DNA of 64,000 nucleotides from Candidatus Saccharimonadales bacterium (GTDB taxonomy: Bacteria > Patescibacteriota > Saccharimonadia > Saccharimonadales > 2-12-FULL-41-12): contig JANWLD010000001.1 in assembly GCA_025451045.1 (NCBI GenBank), positions 343,468-407,467 of the forward strand, in the 5' to 3' direction. The translations under genes were made by a program, and so were the position numbers. The notes under the pieces were generated by a model. That model saw nothing but the letters and a program-made list of their open reading frames with translations, was not told the origin of the DNA and made no database searches. Shown here piece by piece: positions 44,109 to 52,954 of the stretch. Numbering within the stretch: the stretch's first letter is position 1; each line of letters begins with the position of its first letter.

Positions 44109-44876
44109 TCACACCGCGCATCTGACCAGTTCGTCATGACAAACTTTATTTGACAGGATGGCTCCCTTAAACGGTTTGGTGTAATCAAGTTCGCGTCCAT
44201 CATAACCGGTAACTTTTCCGCCGGCTTCTTCGACGATGACATGGACGGCGGCGATATCGTGCGGATTTACTAATTTTTCAAGATAACCTACGGCTCTTCC
44301 CCGGGCAACTAAGCATGATTTATAAACAGCGCCGTAAATAGAATCAAGCCTGGCCCCTGTTTCCAGCAAATTATTTATCAGTTTGGTATCAGCTATTATC
44401 TTCTTGGGATTGCTTGGCATCAACACGTAATGACCACGCAGTTTATTGCCTGAAACAGCTAAGGGCTTACCGTTGCAAAAACTGCCCTGGCCTTTAGTAG
44501 CCCAATAAAGCTTGTCCAAAAAGGGGTCATAAGCTACACCTATTATTGGCACCCCATCAACTACCAAAGCAAGTGAAAATGTCGCGCTGGGTATACCGAT
44601 TACAAAAGCCCTGGTTCCGTCTATCGGGTCGCATATCCATTTTCTGCCGCTACCATAGTCGCTGGTACTTTCTTCCTCGCCGATTATACCGTCATCAAAG
44701 TGTTTTGATAGTTCTTTGATTACCATGGAATTAATCTTTTTATCGGCGATAGTTACTTCTGTGGCGCCGGCTATATCTTTATGTTCCAAGCCTTGGTCAC
44801 CGTCAAAATATTCCAGCATAATCTTACCGGCTTTGAGGGCAATGTCTTTGGCTATTTTCAATTCAGTTTCGTACAT
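44109..44876 (-). CDS. suhB: inositol monophosphatase family protein
   Basis: 255 aa; 'WICDPIDGTRAF', 'IGEE', 'DIAAVHVIVEEAGG'. Confidence 0.85.
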   Translation of the reverse strand: MYETELKIAKDIALKAGKIMLEYFDGDQGLEHKDIAGATEVTIADKKINSMVIKELSKHFDDGIIGEEESTSDYGSGRKWICDPIDGTRAFVIGIPSATFSLALVVDGVPIIGVAYDPFLDKLYWATKGQGSFCNGKPLAVSGNKLRGHYVLMPSNPKKIIADTKLINNLLETGARLDSIYGAVYKSCLVARGRAVGYLEKLVNPHDIAAVHVIVEEAGGKVTGYDGRELDYTKPFKGAILSNKVCHDELVRCAV

Positions 44877-44900
44877 ATACGATAATTATACATAGCGGCA

Positions 44901-44941
44901 AAAATAAAAACCCCTGTATTGCAGTTCGGACAGGGGTTTTT
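44901..44941 (-). terminator. rho-independent terminator of hdeD (bidirectional shape)
   Basis: cccctgt/acagggg stem (44911-44936) flanked by an A-run and a T-run. Confidence 0.7.
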
Positions 44942-44949
44942 GAGAAAAT

Positions 44950-45501
44950 TTAGTTTTTGTTTATATCTAACGCGAGCGCTATCATTAACGGTCCGGTCAG
45001 CAAAGCGTACAGACCAAGAATCCATACGAAAGCTACCCCGCTGGCTACTGGTTGGAACAGGACTATAACACCTGCCAATACGGCCAATGCGCCGATAATC
45101 ACGTTTGCCGTGCGGTACATGGCGCTTGTTTCACTTTCAAATAGCCCGTTGAATAGTTCAACCAAGCCCCTGAAAATCAACACGAAGCCGATAAGCAGGA
45201 TGAAGGTGGTAAATGCCACGCCAATGTGACGCAACAAATAGATACCAACACCAATTTCCACGATACCCAAAACCACTGTGAGAATCAGTGAGAGTATCGA
45301 GTTCCTTTCCCGGCTTGCGTCGATCAAGCCAGTTACTAATGTTACAAGACCGCTTGCCAGCATAAATCCGCTGAACAAATACACTAGTGTTACCAGTGTA
45401 ATTCCCGGCCAAAAAACTGCCGCAATTCCGAACAATATTGCGACAATTCCACGAAGAGCGAGAGCGTTACTTGCACGCTTCGCATCTGATTGAGTTGCCA
45501 T
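44950..45501 (-). CDS. hdeD: HdeD-family (DUF308) membrane protein
   Basis: 183 aa; 'LRGIVAILFGIAAVFWPG' repeated DUF308 pattern; AAGGAGG RBS. Confidence 0.75.
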   Translation of the reverse strand: MATQSDAKRASNALALRGIVAILFGIAAVFWPGITLVTLVYLFSGFMLASGLVTLVTGLIDASRERNSILSLILTVVLGIVEIGVGIYLLRHIGVAFTTFILLIGFVLIFRGLVELFNGLFESETSAMYRTANVIIGALAVLAGVIVLFQPVASGVAFVWILGLYALLTGPLMIALALDINKN

Positions 45502-45646
45502 AGAACCCTCCTTAATTTTCTCCCACGCCTTAAGCCAATAATCCTATCCTTGCGAATAAATGTCAATAATGACTTGTGGATAACTAATAAGGCTTAAGCT
45601 TATGCTAAGCTTCGTGCTATACTTCGCAATAATATCAATATTTATA

Positions 45647-45652
45647 TAGATT
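45647..45652 (+). promoter_or_regulatory. -10-like box (TAGATT) N6 upstream of ATG 45659
   Basis: TAGATT acaggc ATG. Confidence 0.35.
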
Positions 45653-45658
45653 ACAGGC

Positions 45659-47530
45659 ATGGAGCCAGAACAAAAACCACCGGAGACAGCAAACAATAAT
45701 CCTACTCCGAATATAATAAAACCAAATATTCCTAGTACTGAAAATGCAGGGCCTTCCTTCCAGCAAGTGCCTCCACAGCCGAATTTGCCTCCTCAACCTG
45801 CTCCAATTCCGACAGATAAACAGCCCCCTGTCAACCAGTCACCCTCAATGCCTCTTGGTACCAGCCAGTTATTTCAGCCGGACTCCAAATTACCAGAATT
45901 TGGCGGCGCGATAATTGACAATCAGCCGCCAAAAGGAATCAAAAGGATTTTTAAAAACAAAAAAATAACTTTTCTACTTCTTGCCCAGTTTCTCGCGGTT
46001 ATCTTCGTGATCGGCGGGATTTTTGGCTATTATCTGCCCAACCGCCCCGAAAATGTTTGGAAAACGGGTTTAAACAGATCTGGCGAAGCATTGGACAAAT
46101 TGTTAATCCAAGCTACTGAGAAGAATCAGCTGGAAGCATTCAAAAAGTCTGAGATCAACGCCTCTTTGGCTATAAAAGCCCAAGGCGCCGATTTTAAAGG
46201 AAGCTTTACCGGTAGATTTGATCAGTCCAAGGCTGACGGCAGTCTAAACTTCGAAGTCAATCAAGGAGGTAATAACGCTAAGCTGGCCATGAAATATATA
46301 AGCATCCTAGCAGGCGGTGCTACCTATCCTGATTTTTACGCGCAGTTTAGCGGTATAAAAGAACTGGGGGGTGATGCTTTCGTTCCGGGAATAAGCAAAT
46401 ATGACGGCAAATGGATAGCTGTTAATTCGGATTATTTCAAGTCGTTGGGCTTGCCGGTTACCACTCCTGGCCAGGTAAATAAAAGCCAGATAAACGCCGG
46501 CGATGTTTCAGAACTTATAAGAGCGGTTTCTTCCGTTTCGAAAGATTACCTATTGACCTCGAATATGGACCGGGCGGTGATAAAACAGGTCAAATTCGTG
46601 GGCAAGGAAAAAACAGACGGTATATCGGCTTACCATTATATCGCCGGTATAGACAAGGCGCATGCCAAGGACTACTGCAAGGCGCTTTATGAAAAAATAT
46701 CCACGACTACTATATATAAGAATTTTAATGGGAATGATCAGGACAAAATTAATAACGCAAAAAACGCGGACACAAAAGCCTGCCAAGATGACGACACGAA
46801 CATTAACACTAATTTTGACCTCTGGATAGACGCCAAGTACAAGCTGATTCATAAGATAAGAATCCCTGACGAATCAAATAAGCAGGCTTACACCGACATC
46901 GGCCAGACGTACAAGGGGGGAGATGATGTATCACTCTTTGTGGCCTATCACAACGGCAAGGAACCCATGGACGCTAAGCTAACATTCTCGACAAATATAA
47001 AAAGCGTGGACAGCAAGGGCGAATTTAGCATAAAAGGAGGCAAAGGCAGTGAAGCTTATGATGGCAAGGCTACCTTTGAGATAAAACCGCTAAGCGAGGA
47101 TTTGAATATCCAAAAACCGGCCAATTCCATACCTCTGCAGGATATATTGAAGAAATATGGTTATGATCCCACTTCATATTTATTAAATAACGGCCTTAGC
47201 GGCTCGCCGGATCAGGCAAAAGACGCGGACAGAAAAAGCGACATTAACGCTATTGATTCGCAAGTCGAGGTCTATTTTGCCCAGAATGGTTACTACCCGA
47301 CACTAAGTGAGATTAATAACCCTTCTTGGCGTTCCGCCAATCTGCGCGGGTTCACCAACGATTCTTTGGCTCCTCCGGGAAGTTCGTCAACTAGCCTGTC
47401 TTCAACCGCTTCGTCCAGCCAATACGGCTATTCGACCTCCGGCTGTAGCGTTGAGGGTTGCCTGGGGTTTGTTTTGACGGCATTACTCAGCAATGGCCAG
47501 AAGTATATTAAGACCGGCTCGAATAATTAG
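45659..47530 (+). CDS. large membrane-anchored surface protein with P/Q-rich N-terminus and C-terminal pilin-like module
   Basis: 623 aa; proline-rich first 90 aa; one TM ('ITFLLLAQFLAVIFVIGGIFGYY'); near the C-terminus 'AKDADRKSDINAIDSQVEVYFAQNGYYPT' resembles the post-TM segment of GspG/type IV pilins. Confidence 0.6.
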   Translation: MEPEQKPPETANNNPTPNIIKPNIPSTENAGPSFQQVPPQPNLPPQPAPIPTDKQPPVNQSPSMPLGTSQLFQPDSKLPEFGGAIIDNQPPKGIKRIFKNKKITFLLLAQFLAVIFVIGGIFGYYLPNRPENVWKTGLNRSGEALDKLLIQATEKNQLEAFKKSEINASLAIKAQGADFKGSFTGRFDQSKADGSLNFEVNQGGNNAKLAMKYISILAGGATYPDFYAQFSGIKELGGDAFVPGISKYDGKWIAVNSDYFKSLGLPVTTPGQVNKSQINAGDVSELIRAVSSVSKDYLLTSNMDRAVIKQVKFVGKEKTDGISAYHYIAGIDKAHAKDYCKALYEKISTTTIYKNFNGNDQDKINNAKNADTKACQDDDTNINTNFDLWIDAKYKLIHKIRIPDESNKQAYTDIGQTYKGGDDVSLFVAYHNGKEPMDAKLTFSTNIKSVDSKGEFSIKGGKGSEAYDGKATFEIKPLSEDLNIQKPANSIPLQDILKKYGYDPTSYLLNNGLSGSPDQAKDADRKSDINAIDSQVEVYFAQNGYYPTLSEINNPSWRSANLRGFTNDSLAPPGSSSTSLSSTASSSQYGYSTSGCSVEGCLGFVLTALLSNGQKYIKTGSNN

Positions 47531-47585
47531 CGATCTTTAGTTTTGCTAAAATATATATACGATATTTAAGCGATCAGGAGAGTTT

Positions 47586-48065
47586 ATGCAGAAGATAACA
47601 CCATTTTTATGGTTCGATAAAAATGCTGAAGAGGCGATGGACTTTTATACGTCCGTTTTCAAAAACTCAAAAATAATTACTATTAATCGCTATCCGGACG
47701 GTCCGCTGGAGGGCCCGATGAAGGGTATGGAAGGCAAAGTATTAACCGGCGTATTCGAGCTGGAAGGCCAGCGGTTAATGGCATTGGACGGCGGTCCAGT
47801 CTTCAAATTTAACGAATCGATTTCATTTTATGTCAACGTAGAAACACAGGAAGAGATTGATTATTACTGGGAAAAATTATCGGCCGTACCAGAAAGCGAA
47901 CAATGCGGCTGGCTCAAAGACAAGTTCGGTGTATCATGGCAGATTATCCCAACTGCAATGTCCCGGCTAATGGAAGAGGATAAAACCGGCAAAGTTATGC
48001 AAGCGATGCTGCAAATGAAGAAAATAAACATTGCCGAACTGGAGAAAGCCGGTGAAGAAGGATAA
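47586..48065 (+). CDS. VOC-superfamily protein (PhnB / 3-demethylubiquinone-9 methyltransferase-domain type)
   Basis: 159 aa; 'KITPFLWFDKNAEEAMDFYTSVF', 'DKFGVSWQI'. Confidence 0.75.
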   Translation: MQKITPFLWFDKNAEEAMDFYTSVFKNSKIITINRYPDGPLEGPMKGMEGKVLTGVFELEGQRLMALDGGPVFKFNESISFYVNVETQEEIDYYWEKLSAVPESEQCGWLKDKFGVSWQIIPTAMSRLMEEDKTGKVMQAMLQMKKINIAELEKAGEEG

Positions 48066-48363
48066 AGTTAAACTCCAAGGAGCGGATATCTTTTTAAAGG
48101 CCGCTAACTATATCCGAAAATACGGATGGCAGAAACAAGGCATGGGCAAGCACAAACAGCCTCGTTGCTCTATGGGTGCTCTAGCATCAGCTTATCCTAA
48201 AGAGAAATGGAGCAAAGACCTATCGTTAACCATGTACTTAGCATTATATAAAGAACTGCATGGCATGTCTTTGACCGAGTTTAACTACAAGTTTAATGAC
48301 GGGAACAAAGTAGCCAGCCTATATGAGCAAGTAGCCGCGTCCTTGGTTCATAACAATTCATAA
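48031..48363 (+). CDS. hypothetical protein (DUF6197-like); start uncertain
   Basis: 'AANYIRKYGWQKQG...CSMGALASA' pattern; upstream ATG 48031 lies inside the preceding gene; an in-frame ATC at 48088 sits 5 nt after AAGGAG. Confidence 0.5.
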   Translation: MPNWRKPVKKDKVKLQGADIFLKAANYIRKYGWQKQGMGKHKQPRCSMGALASAYPKEKWSKDLSLTMYLALYKELHGMSLTEFNYKFNDGNKVASLYEQVAASLVHNNS

Positions 48364-48444
48364 GAAACTCTAAATTACTTAGGGATGGTTGTATTTTGTT
48401 GCAAACGGACTAAAATGAGCTTATAGATAAGTTCTGGAGGGTTT

Positions 48445-49131
48445 ATGAAGAAAAAAGTAATAATCATAGTCGTTGTTCTACTGCTTTTGGGCGGCGGATA
48501 TTGGCTGATGAACCGTGATAAAAACGATGATGCATCTAATAATGCTCAACCTGCGGCAAGCACTTCCGGCACTAACAATTCCGCTTTTGACGCTTTAGCC
48601 ACTAACGGCGCCTCCTATGCCGCTACTATTACTGCAACGGCCAATGGCAAGACTACGTCGGCTACCATGGAATATGACAAAAATACCGGCGCAATCAAAT
48701 ATTCTGCCGGCTCCGGCAGTTCCGCTGCTACTGTTATTTATACCAAGGATGCTTATTACATTTGCCAGACTGCGTCCAAATGCTACAAATACCCGATTAG
48801 CGGCAGTAACTCCAGCGGCTTTGACCCGAGTAGTTACGAGTACAGCTCTGACAAATTGAACAGCTTGCGCAACACGGCTGTCGATAAAGGCACTATGTCC
48901 TGTCCTGCCGGTACCTGTCATGTTTGGCAAGTTAGTGTCGGTGGTTACACCTCTACTATTTATATAGATACCGCTACCAAGCGCATCAGCCAGGTGGAAG
49001 GCACTACTGCGGCCGGATCGTCCAAGATAGTTTACGAATACAAGGATGTCACTGTAACTCCGCCGGCAAATGCCAAGACATTGCCGACCGGCAATTCTTC
49101 ATCGGATTCTTCCTACACTAATCCTTACTAG
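48445..49131 (+). CDS. hypothetical secreted/membrane-anchored S/T/A-rich protein
   Basis: 228 aa; GGAGG RBS; N-terminal 'KKKVIIIVVVLLLLGGGYWL' signal/anchor. Confidence 0.6.
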   Translation: MKKKVIIIVVVLLLLGGGYWLMNRDKNDDASNNAQPAASTSGTNNSAFDALATNGASYAATITATANGKTTSATMEYDKNTGAIKYSAGSGSSAATVIYTKDAYYICQTASKCYKYPISGSNSSGFDPSSYEYSSDKLNSLRNTAVDKGTMSCPAGTCHVWQVSVGGYTSTIYIDTATKRISQVEGTTAAGSSKIVYEYKDVTVTPPANAKTLPTGNSSSDSSYTNPY

Positions 49132-49137
49132 ATTTTA

Positions 49138-49329
49138 CTACTCAGCTCGGCCCAAGCGATAGGTCCAAATCAGCGCGTCAACGAGCCACCATACGCCCAG
49201 CCCGCCAATCGTAATCAACTTTAGTATCCCCAGACCTACTTCGCCCCTGTAAATCCTATCGGCCCCTAAAAAGCCGACAGACCAGCTGATAATTGTGCCG
49301 ATAAGTAGCCATTTCCAATCTTTTTTCAT
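49138..49329 (-). CDS. TM2-domain small membrane protein
   Basis: 63 aa; 'GFLGADRIYRGEVGLGILKLITIGGLGVWWLVD'; AAGGAGAGG RBS. Confidence 0.7.
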   Translation of the reverse strand: MKKDWKWLLIGTIISWSVGFLGADRIYRGEVGLGILKLITIGGLGVWWLVDALIWTYRLGRAE

Positions 49330-49391
49330 AACCTCTCCTTAGTTTATCTGACGAAATTATAGCATTATAGTACAATAAGATTATAAGCATT

Positions 49392-49823
49392 ATGGATCAG
49401 TTCGGAACATCGCAAAAAATAGTAATAGTCGAAGACAATATTACTTTAGCTGACGTGTATAAGACCCGGATGGAGCTAATCGGCTATAAATGCCTGGTTG
49501 CCCACGATGGCGAAGAGGCGCTTTCTATTCTCGAAAAAGAACTTCCCGACCTGGTATTGCTTGATTTAATGGTGCCAAAAATAGCCGGAGACCAAGTTTT
49601 GAGAACAATGCGGGAAAATGAATGGGGCAAGAGTATACCGGTTTTAATCATTTCTAACCTGAACGAAGCGGACGCGCCGGCTGGTTTGCGCGGTCTAGGC
49701 ATAGAAGGCTACGCGGTCAAAGCAAACTTATCGAACGACCAGCTCGATCAACTGGTTGACAATGTATTAAAGCCGGCAGACCAAAAAGAAGATATTTCTC
49801 TCGAAACCGAAGACCCCGCATAA
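49392..49823 (+). CDS. stand-alone response-regulator receiver domain protein
   Basis: 143 aa; 'IVIVEDN', acceptor Asp in 'LVLLDLMVPK', 'VLIISN', 'YAVKA'; no output domain and no adjacent kinase. Confidence 0.8.
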   Translation: MDQFGTSQKIVIVEDNITLADVYKTRMELIGYKCLVAHDGEEALSILEKELPDLVLLDLMVPKIAGDQVLRTMRENEWGKSIPVLIISNLNEADAPAGLRGLGIEGYAVKANLSNDQLDQLVDNVLKPADQKEDISLETEDPA

Positions 49824-49936
49824 ATCAGTAGTTTTTTCTCATAGCTGAGTATTATGTACTAGGCTAGAACTTCATTTCTTGCATGCTAAGAGTAAGAGAA
49901 CGGGTAACGGCTTATTTAATAGATAATCCTATTTGT

Positions 49937-49942
49937 TAGAAT
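49937..49942 (+). promoter_or_regulatory. -10 box (TAGAAT) N6 upstream of ATG 49949: leaderless-type promoter
   Basis: TAGAAT aaaacc ATG. Confidence 0.45.
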
Positions 49943-49948
49943 AAAACC

Positions 49949-50896
49949 ATGTCTACATATAAAACAAAAGTAGAGTCAGCCGCTATTGACTCGTTTATGC
50001 GCGAGCACTTTGGTTCTGACGGCATTGACGTCAAAATGATAGCTGATGGTGAAGTATCACAGGCTGGCATTGTTGAAACCGCAAATGGCACGAAAGTCGT
50101 GCGTTTTAGTAAGCATACTGATGAAGGCTACCAAAAAGATAAGTTTGCATACGAACATTTTAGGAGTCTACTTGTTCCCATTCCACAAATTGAAGAAATT
50201 GATACGTTGCCAGACGGAACGTACTATGCCGTATCTGAATTAGCACCGGGTACAACCCTTGATAAGCTAACCGCAGACGAGTTAAAAGCCACACTGCCCT
50301 CCATGATTCAGACTATGGAGGCTATACATCAAACAACTCCTGTTGGCAGTGGTTTTGGCTCAATACAGCTTGATGGAAATGGTAATACAAGTTCTTGGCA
50401 CGAAGCTTTAGATCGCAGCCAAGCTAGTAATGACGATGACAAACTAGATTCAATTCAAATGTTTGAGAGAGATGTATATGAACGATCTAGAACAAAAATA
50501 AAAGACTACTACAAGTATTGCCCAAATGATATAAGGCAGCTTATTCATAGAGATTTTGGCTTTAATAATACCTTAGCTAAAAATGGAAAAATTACAGGTG
50601 TTATAGACTGGGATGATGCTGCATATGGCGATCCACTTTATGACGTTGCATGGCAAGGTTTCTGGTCCCCAGCTTTTAGCTGGTCAAATGAAGTAGATAT
50701 TGTCGGCACCATAAAGCAGCACTACGTTGATACTGGTCAACTGCCAGAAAACTTTGACGAGCGTATTGACTGCTACAAGATGATTATTGGCGCTAACTGC
50801 CTGAGCTTTTTTGCCAAATCAGATCAGAGAGGCAGCTATGATTACGTTCGCGGTGAGCTTATGAAGATTGATGCAAAGATAGCTAATAAAAACTAA
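49949..50896 (+). CDS. aminoglycoside phosphotransferase-family kinase, hygromycin-B-kinase (APH(4))-like
   Basis: 315 aa; catalytic loop 'LIHRDFGFNNTL', 'GVIDWDDAAYGDPLYD'; overall colinear with Hph as I recall it ('HLVHADFGSNNVL...AVIDWSEAMFGDSQYE'). Confidence 0.7.
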   Translation: MSTYKTKVESAAIDSFMREHFGSDGIDVKMIADGEVSQAGIVETANGTKVVRFSKHTDEGYQKDKFAYEHFRSLLVPIPQIEEIDTLPDGTYYAVSELAPGTTLDKLTADELKATLPSMIQTMEAIHQTTPVGSGFGSIQLDGNGNTSSWHEALDRSQASNDDDKLDSIQMFERDVYERSRTKIKDYYKYCPNDIRQLIHRDFGFNNTLAKNGKITGVIDWDDAAYGDPLYDVAWQGFWSPAFSWSNEVDIVGTIKQHYVDTGQLPENFDERIDCYKMIIGANCLSFFAKSDQRGSYDYVRGELMKIDAKIANKN

Positions 50897-50940
50897 TAGA
50901 TAGCAAAGCTGATACTCGTAATTGTTATAAAATAGTCTAA

Positions 50941-51810
50941 ATGACTTGGCAGATTTGTATATTTATCTTTCTGATTCTTTCAATAGTTACTGGTCTTATT
51001 CAACGAAAACTAGGCCGGAATATACCTCAGTACAGCAGGTTAGTAAACGCTTTCTTTTTCCTTTTTGTTCATTATCCGATTGGACTCCTTGTCGCCTCCA
51101 TCCTCGGCTTTAATATTTCTATCGGCTGGACAAATTTTATAGCAATCGCAATTTTTAGCATCACATTTCCATTGGCCGGATTTTTGTCACTAAGGGCTAG
51201 TAAAGATGTCGATGCCGGACTGTTCAGCATTTTGCAAAACATGGCGCCCGTCGTATCTATCATATTGGCTGTTTTGCTTTTGTCTGAGCGTCTAAATCTG
51301 CAGCAGTTCGCGGGTACGCTGATTATCGTAGCTTCGGCTCTAGCCGTTTCGTCTATTAGTTACAAGCATGGTTCAAAAAGTACCAAAACAAGCATTATTT
51401 TAACTCTAATTACTGTTGGTTTAGTGGGGATTGGCGTAGTTTATGAGAAATGGATGCTTCAGCGCATAGGTTTCAGCAGTTACTTGGTATATGGGTGGGG
51501 ACTGCAAACATTTTGGGCTGTGGTCTTTGCTTGGCCAATGTTAAGGCAGATGAAGATAGTTCTGAGGCCAAAATATAGATTGCCTGTCCTGGTTTTCTCA
51601 ATATCTAGGTCGATGAAAGGCATTGCCTTTGTCGGAGCGCTTTACTTAAGCCAAAGCGCATCACTGGTAAGCGCCTTTGTAAGCTTTTTGCCTATTTTGA
51701 TGGTTGGGGCAGGCTTTATCTTTCTTCATGAAAAACAATATTTAAAACTTAAGATTCTTTCGGCGCTTGCGGGGTCTATTGGTCTTGTCATACTTACCAT
51801 AAGCAGGTAG
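50941..51810 (+). CDS. DMT/EamA-family transporter
   Basis: 289 aa, about 10 TM, two-repeat architecture. Confidence 0.7.
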   Translation: MTWQICIFIFLILSIVTGLIQRKLGRNIPQYSRLVNAFFFLFVHYPIGLLVASILGFNISIGWTNFIAIAIFSITFPLAGFLSLRASKDVDAGLFSILQNMAPVVSIILAVLLLSERLNLQQFAGTLIIVASALAVSSISYKHGSKSTKTSIILTLITVGLVGIGVVYEKWMLQRIGFSSYLVYGWGLQTFWAVVFAWPMLRQMKIVLRPKYRLPVLVFSISRSMKGIAFVGALYLSQSASLVSAFVSFLPILMVGAGFIFLHEKQYLKLKILSALAGSIGLVILTISR

Positions 51811-51861
51811 GCGCCGGATATGCTACGATTAGTCCAGATATAACTTAAACAAAAATACATC

Positions 51862-52707
51862 ATGGGATTTACCTATCTTCTTACAAGTATTATTGCCGAA
51901 AGTGTCGGCAAGACTATTGATAAGCTTAATTTCAGAAGAAACAAAATTGACCCAAGGCAGTCTTTGCTCCTAGCTTTTACTGTCATGACTGCCTCTGTGC
52001 TTTCATATACTATCCTGACCAAACAAACATTTCCGCATATATCCTTAACTGCTGCCATATTGCTGGTCGGTATCGCTCTGTTCTCGTTTGGCGGAAACGT
52101 TTTTGATGAACTTAGCCTTCAGAAAGATGATTTATCACTACGTGAGCCGCTAGTAGATTTCGAACCGATTGCGACCGGGCTGATAGCCTACTTACTTTTC
52201 CCAGAGGAAAGAAAAACCGCGTTCTTAGTGGCGTTTATCTTAGGAGCGCTGATTGTGCGGTGGGGTATTCACCGGCGCAAACTTCGTTCAGGCCAGGCAA
52301 GGGGAATGTTCTACCTGTGGGTGGCTGTTATTTTATATGCCATCGTGCCGGTCTTTTATAAAGAGATACTTGATTATCTGTCACCTACTTATATCGCACT
52401 GTTTCGCCTCAGCAGTATCTTGTTGTTGCTTATATTATTTTTCAGACCAAAACGCAGAAAGAGACTTACAGGGAAAATGATTGGATACGGCACGCTAGCA
52501 GGTGTTGTTTATGCGGTTGGAGCGGTCGTTAGCCTTTATGCTATACAGCTCTATGGTCTTGTTTTAACCATGCTTTTTCTCATGCTGGGCCCGGCGCTGC
52601 GTTATCTAGCTGGACAATTCGTTTTGCGCGAAAAAGTCCGCCGCGGCGAAGTACTGTCCAGCCTGATGCTAACTCTCGTAGTAGCCATCGCCGCATTTAT
52701 GAAATAA
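51862..52707 (+). CDS. DMT/EamA-like membrane protein
   Basis: 281 aa, about 9-10 TM. Confidence 0.6.
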   Translation: MGFTYLLTSIIAESVGKTIDKLNFRRNKIDPRQSLLLAFTVMTASVLSYTILTKQTFPHISLTAAILLVGIALFSFGGNVFDELSLQKDDLSLREPLVDFEPIATGLIAYLLFPEERKTAFLVAFILGALIVRWGIHRRKLRSGQARGMFYLWVAVILYAIVPVFYKEILDYLSPTYIALFRLSSILLLLILFFRPKRRKRLTGKMIGYGTLAGVVYAVGAVVSLYAIQLYGLVLTMLFLMLGPALRYLAGQFVLREKVRRGEVLSSLMLTLVVAIAAFMK

Positions 52708-52715
52708 TTATCTCT

Positions 52716-52790
52716 TGGCTGGGGAGGAGGGATTCGAACCCCCGAATGCCAGGACCAGAACCTGGTGCCTTACCACTTGGCCACTCCCCA
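52716..52790 (-). tRNA. tRNA-Gln (anticodon CTG), CCA encoded
   Basis: Reverse complement TGGGGAGTGGCCAAGTGGTAAGGCACCAGGTTCTGGTCCTGGCATTCGGGGGTTCGAATCCCTCCTCCCCAGCCA; U1:A72; anticodon loop ttCTGgt; T-loop TTCGAAT. Confidence 0.9.
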
Positions 52791-52954
52791 TTAACTTAAC
52801 AGATTATATCAGTCGTAATTGAATTATAAAATCAGGTTTCGGTCATCATTTTGGTTATTTTTTAGCGTCGTTATTCTTTTTGGTTTTTAATTTATACTTA
52901 GCCATATATCTAAAGTAACACACTTCATTATTGCAATTATTACAATAAATTTGT

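Noticed and set aside
52791-52954. AT-rich spacer next to tRNA-Gln with the imperfect palindrome ttattgcaat/attacaataa, considered as an att site or mobile-element end
   Set aside because: There is no integrase or transposase in the window and no second copy of the tRNA 3' segment or of the palindrome that I could find. It is most simply a promoter region for the 274-aa ORF.
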